From the NCBI GenBank assembly GCA_965198945.1, contig CBDAQI010000011.1:45364-109363 (forward strand): a DNA stretch of 64,000 bases, given 5' to 3'. The position numbers and the translations under genes were made by a program. The notes under the pieces are model-generated. The model worked only from the letters and a program-made list of their open reading frames with translations, was not told where the DNA came from and searched no databases. Shown here piece after piece: positions 58,584-64,000 of this stretch. Positions within the stretch are counted from its first letter, which is position 1, and every line of letters starts with the position of its first letter. Origin of the DNA: Thermodesulfobacteriota bacterium (GTDB lineage: Bacteria; Desulfobacterota_D; UBA1144; Nemesobacterales; Mycalebacteriaceae).

Positions 58584-60878
58584 ATGTCTCTAACCATTGT
58601 GGACAAAGAGCATCTTCATCTGAAGATAGTTCAGGATATAAGTGATTTCGTCAATAAATCCACGGATCTTGACACCATCCTCAAAGGGGTGGTCAGCAAA
58701 ATAAGCGAATCGCTTCATTTTGAACTTGTGTCAGTATACATAACTGAAAGTGAGGGTGACAGTCTCCGCCTGATGGCGAATACGGTTTTTGACAATGAAA
58801 CCGGAGCCCGCGAGCTTTCAACTGTTGAAGACATAGCCGCAATGATATCTGAGACCATGTTTCCGTTTGTAACGATGAACGTGTCTCAGCACCCGAAATA
58901 TAAAACGGCCCCCGGCGATCCTGAAGAGAAATATGACTGTTACCTTGGTGTCCCCATAGTTTTGAATAACCGCTGTGTAGGCGTTCTCGTGGGTCAGACA
59001 AGCGGCAGGCGCCACATAACCCCCGCCGAGCAAACCCTGTTTGAGATAATAGCTTCCCGTCTTGCGGGTCTTCTGGAAGTTGCGGATACCCTTGACCGTC
59101 TGAATACGCCGTCAATTATTCAGCACAAAACCAGAACCTATCAGGGCAAAGGGGCCTCTCCCGGAATCGGAGTGGGGCGTGTTTTTCTTATCAGGGGGCT
59201 TTTCGGAAGCATTGGCTCCGCTTCTTCCTCCCCTCAGTCCGCCGAGGAAGAAAAAAACCGTCTTCTTGAAGCGCTTTCAAGGGTTGAGAGAGATATGAAA
59301 GACCTGATAGAGGTTTTGAAAAAAGACAATGTTCTTTCCGAAAGCGAACTGGAGATTTTTGAAGCGCATCTGATGCTTCTTTCCAGCGAAAGCCCGGATT
59401 CTGTCAGAGGCGAGATGCTTTCACACATTGAAGGGGGCGGGGTGTCGGCGGAAACTGCGGTTGTTCAGGGCATTGAGTCAATTGCCGGAAGGTTTGAACA
59501 TCATTCCGACAGATATGTAAGGGAGAAAGCGCAGGACTTCAGAGACATTGGTGAAAAACTGCTCCATGAACTTACGGGTCTCAAAGCCGGCCGTGGAGCG
59601 GAAACCAACGACTCTTTAATTCTGGCTGCGCGGGAAATAGGTCCGTCTTTTGTTTCAATGATCAGGAAAAACAAAATAGCGGGAGTCATAACGGAAACCG
59701 GAGGTGAAACTTCACACGCGGTCATCATAGCAAGATCGCTCGGAATTCCGGTTGTCATAGGGGTGGAAAACATCTGTGAATTTATCAGTTCGGGAAACCT
59801 CGCCATTGTTGACGGAAAGACGGGCTTTGTTTTCATCAATCCGGATGAAACTCTAATAAATGAGTATGAAAAAAGCGGCAAAAGAATTGAGGAGATTCGC
59901 AATTTTTTTGAATCCGGAGGCGCACCGAAAACCGGAGTTGCCAGGGAAATATCCATTACCGCCAACATAGGTTTCCCGGTTGATGTTGACGTGGCTCTGC
60001 GTCAGAAGGTCGGGGACGTCGGTCTGTTCAGAACCGAGTTCGCCTTCGCCCGTTTTGAAAAACCTCCGGGGGTTGAAGAGCAGACAAAAATATACGGTGA
60101 TATCGCGGGCAGATTCAGCGGCCGTGTAACAGTCAGAACGCTTGACATAGGGGCGGATAAAGTTCTTCCGTATTTCAACATTCCCGAGGAGGAAAATCCG
60201 CTTCTGGGCTTGAGGGCAATCCGGTTTTCAATGGAGTATCTTGACCTGTTCAGAGAGCAGATAAAGTCCATACTGCTTGCCGCATCGGCCGGAGCACGGC
60301 TGAGGATTCTGCTTCCGATGGTTTCAAACATCTGGGAGGTTGAGACCGCGAAACAGATTATGGACGATATTGCGTCAGAAGTGCGGCTCTGCCCCGCGGA
60401 CATTCCCCCGCTCGGTGTGATGCTTGAGGTTCCGGCGCTCGTGCCGCTCATTGACGAATATGCGGGGATTGTTGACTTTATCTCAGTCGGAACAAATGAC
60501 CTTGTTCAATATCTGCTGGCGGTTGACAGGAATTCAAATGCCGTGGGCCATCTCTACACTTCATTCCACCCCGCAGTTTTACGGTTTCTTGATTCCATCA
60601 GAGAAAGCGCGGACAAAAACAAAATTGAAGTTTCAATCTGCGGAGAGATGGCGGGGTCTTCAAAAGGCGCACTACTAATCCTTGCTCTCGGGTATAAAAA
60701 CCTGAGTGTTTCTCCCTATAGAATTCCCGTCGTCAGGTTTATAGCCAACCATGTGAGTCCCGTATTTCTTTCCGGACTGAGAAAGAAACTTATGCGCGGG
60801 AAAAGAGAAATGGACATTGAGAGACTGCTCGCGGGCTGTCTTGAAAAAATTGAACCCGCGCTTGTTGAGTTTGATTAG
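58584..60878 (+). CDS. ptsP: GAF-domain PEP-protein phosphotransferase (EI-Ntr)
   Basis: N-terminal GAF (YLGVPI), TSHAVIIAR, GLFRTEF, RTLDIGADK, SVGTNDL.QY, CGEMAG. Confidence 0.93.
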   Translation: MSLTIVDKEHLHLKIVQDISDFVNKSTDLDTILKGVVSKISESLHFELVSVYITESEGDSLRLMANTVFDNETGARELSTVEDIAAMISETMFPFVTMNVSQHPKYKTAPGDPEEKYDCYLGVPIVLNNRCVGVLVGQTSGRRHITPAEQTLFEIIASRLAGLLEVADTLDRLNTPSIIQHKTRTYQGKGASPGIGVGRVFLIRGLFGSIGSASSSPQSAEEEKNRLLEALSRVERDMKDLIEVLKKDNVLSESELEIFEAHLMLLSSESPDSVRGEMLSHIEGGGVSAETAVVQGIESIAGRFEHHSDRYVREKAQDFRDIGEKLLHELTGLKAGRGAETNDSLILAAREIGPSFVSMIRKNKIAGVITETGGETSHAVIIARSLGIPVVIGVENICEFISSGNLAIVDGKTGFVFINPDETLINEYEKSGKRIEEIRNFFESGGAPKTGVAREISITANIGFPVDVDVALRQKVGDVGLFRTEFAFARFEKPPGVEEQTKIYGDIAGRFSGRVTVRTLDIGADKVLPYFNIPEEENPLLGLRAIRFSMEYLDLFREQIKSILLAASAGARLRILLPMVSNIWEVETAKQIMDDIASEVRLCPADIPPLGVMLEVPALVPLIDEYAGIVDFISVGTNDLVQYLLAVDRNSNAVGHLYTSFHPAVLRFLDSIRESADKNKIEVSICGEMAGSSKGALLILALGYKNLSVSPYRIPVVRFIANHVSPVFLSGLRKKLMRGKREMDIERLLAGCLEKIEPALVEFD

Positions 60879-60995
60879 GCCCTTTCAGTTTGATAAGACA
60901 CCGTGTTGCTGTTACAATGAGCAAGGGCGTCTTACATGCCTTTATCAAAAGGGTTCGTCCGTGTTTCGCGTTGTGCAAGGAGGAGAGATAAACAA

Positions 60996-62291
60996 ATGCC
61001 TAAAGACACACTCACAATTAAGGATAACAGAACGGGAAAAGAATATGAGATTCCCGTTGAACAAGACACCATAAAAGCCTCTGATTTGAGGCAGATTAAG
61101 ATCAAAAAGAGCGATTTCGGGATGATGAGTTATGACCCGGCGTTTACAAATACGGCATCTTGCAGAAGCGCCGTAACCTACATAGACGGCGAAAAGGGAA
61201 TTCTCAGATACAGAGGGTATCCGATTGAGCAACTCGCAAAAAAAAGCAGTTTCCTTGAGGTGGCATATCTCCTTCTCCACGGAGACCTGCCTTCAAAAAA
61301 ACAGCATGAAAAGTGGGTCTACGACGTAACGCATCACACTTTTCTGCATGAGAACATAAAAAAATTCATGGACGGATTCCGCTATGACGCCCATCCCATG
61401 GGGATGATGATGAGCACCGTGGGGGCTCTTTCAACCTTCTATCCCGAAGCCAAGGATGTTCAGAATGCGGAAAACCGCATGATTCAAATTCACAGACTCA
61501 TAGCCAAAATGCCGACGATTGCGGCATTCTCCTACAGACACGCGATGGGTTTGCCATATGTATATCCCGACAATGACCTCAGTTATACGGGCAATTTCCT
61601 GAAAATGATGTTCAGGATGAGCGAGAAGGTCTACAAGCCCGACCCTGTTGTTGAAAACGCCATAGATGTGCTTTTCATACTTCACGCCGATCATGAGCAG
61701 AACTGCAGCACGAGCATTATGAGAGACGCGGGAAGCAGCCTGCCCGACCCCTATTCCGCGACATCCGCGGCCGTGAGCGCCCTCTACGGTCCTCTGCACG
61801 GAGGCGCTAACGAGGCCGTTTTGAAGATGCTTGAGGAAATCGGTGACAAGAAAAGAATTCCCGAATACATAAAAAGGGTGAAAAGCGGAGAGTTCCGCCT
61901 CATGGGTTTCGGACACAGGGTCTACAAGGCTTATGACCCGCGTGCGGCAATAATCAAAGACATAGCCCACAAAGTTTTTTCAAAAATGGGCAGGAACCCC
62001 CTTCTTGACATAGCACTTGAGCTTGAAAAAATTGCGCTTGAGGACGAATACTTCATAAACAGAAAGCTCTATCCGAATGTGGATTTTTATTCCGGCCTCA
62101 TATACCAGAGCCTGGGGCTTCCGGTTAGCATGTTTACGGTTCTTTTTGCGATAGCGCGAACCGCCGGATGGCTTGCCCAGTGGGAAGAGATGATAACAAA
62201 CCCGGAAACCAAAATCGCGCGTCCGCGTCAGGTCTATGTCGGGAAAAACAAAAGAAATTTTGTCCCGTTTTCTTCCAGAAAAGCCCGTTAG
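60996..62291 (+). CDS. gltA: Citrate synthase
   Basis: LHADHEQNCST, GPLHGGANE, GFGHRVYK, YPNVDFYSG. Confidence 0.97.
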   Translation: MPKDTLTIKDNRTGKEYEIPVEQDTIKASDLRQIKIKKSDFGMMSYDPAFTNTASCRSAVTYIDGEKGILRYRGYPIEQLAKKSSFLEVAYLLLHGDLPSKKQHEKWVYDVTHHTFLHENIKKFMDGFRYDAHPMGMMMSTVGALSTFYPEAKDVQNAENRMIQIHRLIAKMPTIAAFSYRHAMGLPYVYPDNDLSYTGNFLKMMFRMSEKVYKPDPVVENAIDVLFILHADHEQNCSTSIMRDAGSSLPDPYSATSAAVSALYGPLHGGANEAVLKMLEEIGDKKRIPEYIKRVKSGEFRLMGFGHRVYKAYDPRAAIIKDIAHKVFSKMGRNPLLDIALELEKIALEDEYFINRKLYPNVDFYSGLIYQSLGLPVSMFTVLFAIARTAGWLAQWEEMITNPETKIARPRQVYVGKNKRNFVPFSSRKAR

Positions 62292-62325
62292 GGCAATCAC
62301 GGGGCGGCAAAATTCTCTTTAGCCA

Positions 62326-62952
62326 ATGACGAAGGTTAAGGTTTGCGGAATAACGAACAAAGATGACGCCCTGATGGCGGTTGACATGGGAGCGGCGGCG
62401 GTGGGATTTATTTTTTATCCGGCAAGCGGAAGGCATATTGAACCTGAAGCGGCGGCTGGTATAACTTCTCTTCTGCCGCCCGGTGTTATAAAAGCCGGTG
62501 TTTTTGTGAACCAGGAGATTGATTTTATAGGAGATGTTGTGAAATCGGCCGGTTTGGACATAGCTCAAATCCACGGGGACGAAACACCACAGTTCTGTAA
62601 AAAGATTCCGGGAGATTACATGAAGGCGGTCAGAGTCAAAGATTCCGGCAGTTTGAAAGAAATAGATGAATATGACTCGGACTTTATTCTGCTTGACACT
62701 TTTGCCGACAGGCAGTTCGGAGGAACCGGCAGGAAATTTGATTGGGGTTTGCTTCAGGGGATTGATCTGAAAGGAAAAAAACTGTTTCTGTCCGGCGGGC
62801 TTAATTCCGGCAATGTTGCCCGCGCCGTTTGTGCGGTGCGTCCATATGCGGTTGATGTCTGCTCCGGGGTTGAAAAGAAAACCGGAATAAAAGACCCGGC
62901 AAAGCTTAAACTGTTTATGGAGGAAGTGAAGATTGCGGACAGCACCGGGTAG
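62326..62952 (+). CDS. trpF: Phosphoribosylanthranilate isomerase
   Basis: [32 protein letters not shown]. Confidence 0.96.
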   Translation: MTKVKVCGITNKDDALMAVDMGAAAVGFIFYPASGRHIEPEAAAGITSLLPPGVIKAGVFVNQEIDFIGDVVKSAGLDIAQIHGDETPQFCKKIPGDYMKAVRVKDSGSLKEIDEYDSDFILLDTFADRQFGGTGRKFDWGLLQGIDLKGKKLFLSGGLNSGNVARAVCAVRPYAVDVCSGVEKKTGIKDPAKLKLFMEEVKIADSTG

Positions 62953-64000
62953 AGAGGGATTTTTCGGTGATTTTGGCGGGCGTTTTGTTTCTGAAACCCT
63001 TATGCCCCCGCTTTTTGAACTTGAGGAGGCGTATTCCAAAGCCCGCGCCGACAACGGTTTCAGAGAGGCGGTTGAAAAATGCCTTAAGGATTATGTGGGA
63101 AGACCCACGCCTCTTTATTTCGCCGAAAAAATGACCGCAAGGCTCGGCGGAGCCCGTATATATCTCAAACGCGAAGATCTCGCGCATACCGGAGCGCATA
63201 AAATCAATAACACGGTCGGGCAGGTTATGCTCGCCGAAAGAATGGGTAAAGACAGGATTATCGCGGAAACCGGAGCCGGCCAGCACGGGGTTGCCACGGC
63301 CACTGTTTGTGCGCTGTTGGGAAAAAAGTGTGAGATATATATGGGGCGCAAAGATACCGAGAGGCAAAGGGCGAATCTTTTGCGAATGAAAGCGCTGGGC
63401 GCCGTTGTTCATCCGGTTGACACGGGTACGGCCACTTTGAAAGACGCTTTGAATGAAGCTATGAGAGACTGGATAACAAATGTCTCAAACACATTCTATG
63501 TTATAGGGAGCGTGGCGGGCCCCCATCCTTATCCGACAATGGTAAGAGATTTTCAATCCGTGATAGGAACTGAAGTAAAAGAGCAGGTGAAACTATTCAA
63601 GAGCGGCAAACCCGATCTTCTTGTTGCTTGTGTCGGCGGGGGTTCAAACGCGGCCGGTCTGTTTCACAGTTTTATGGATGACCCGGAAGTTTCAAAAGTG
63701 GGTGTTGAAGCGGGCGGCACCGGGACGGAAGCGGGTCGTCACTCCGCCACAATAACGCTGGGGTCTGAGGGTGTTTTACACGGAAGCAGAACGTTTGTTC
63801 TTCAGAATAAAGACGGGCAGATAAGTGAGGCTCATTCAGTCGCACCCGGTCTTGACTATCCGGGAGTGGGTCCTGAACATTCATTTTTCAGCAGTGAGGG
63901 GCTCGCCTCATACACCTCAGTGTCCGATGACGAGGCTGTTGACGCTTTCTATTTTCTTTCTGAAACCGAAGGAATAATTCCGGCCCTTGAAAGCTCTCAT
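62933..64000 (+). CDS. trpB: Tryptophan synthase beta chain (runs off window)
   Basis: TTG start after [64 protein letters not shown]. Confidence 0.96.
   Translation, partial: MRTAPGREGFFGDFGGRFVSETLMPPLFELEEAYSKARADNGFREAVEKCLKDYVGRPTPLYFAEKMTARLGGARIYLKREDLAHTGAHKINNTVGQVMLAERMGKDRIIAETGAGQHGVATATVCALLGKKCEIYMGRKDTERQRANLLRMKALGAVVHPVDTGTATLKDALNEAMRDWITNVSNTFYVIGSVAGPHPYPTMVRDFQSVIGTEVKEQVKLFKSGKPDLLVACVGGGSNAAGLFHSFMDDPEVSKVGVEAGGTGTEAGRHSATITLGSEGVLHGSRTFVLQNKDGQISEAHSVAPGLDYPGVGPEHSFFSSEGLASYTSVSDDEAVDAFYFLSETEGIIPALESSH

Overview
Bacterial chromosomal window of a diderm organism. It is mostly housekeeping genes. Its style is deltaproteobacteria-like, and Ca. Dadabacteria or a host-associated relative is a tentative guess only. 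In order it holds the uvrC 5' part, an SSS symporter pair, miaB-ispH, a glnK-amtB-porin operon, tRNA-Phe, an XRE/membrane-protein/pilM-(N/P)-pilQ operon, rnr, tRNA-Ser, tag inside a cluster of REP-like palindromes, a truncated DinG, the str-S10-spc-alpha ribosomal supercluster (no rpmD), LLM/TIGR01777/pdxH, metF/MFS, alr, an aromatic-Pro repeat protein with mlaEFD, smpB, an accessory stretch (TPR protein, HTH-Panacea/RelE-like TA pair, protease-TPR pseudogene, AT-rich membrane gene), tmRNA, rdgB, pyrG, rnb, fprA, ptsP, gltA, trpF and the trpB 5' part. The most notable observations are: (1) four tandem TTGACA-N17-TAnnnT promoter units in front of glnK-amtB; (2) a degenerate copy of the tmRNA promoter and 5' end bracketing a foreign gene; (3) an MCE system with an uncharacterised repeat protein where Mla partners would be expected; (4) a minimised pil operon with a PilN/PilP-like hybrid; (5) a REP-like doublet inserted in frame in DinG; (6) strong G/T skew confined to tuf; (7) several +1 homopolymer frameshifts that occur only outside the ribosomal cluster. 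All calls come from reading the sequence; no database searches were run.
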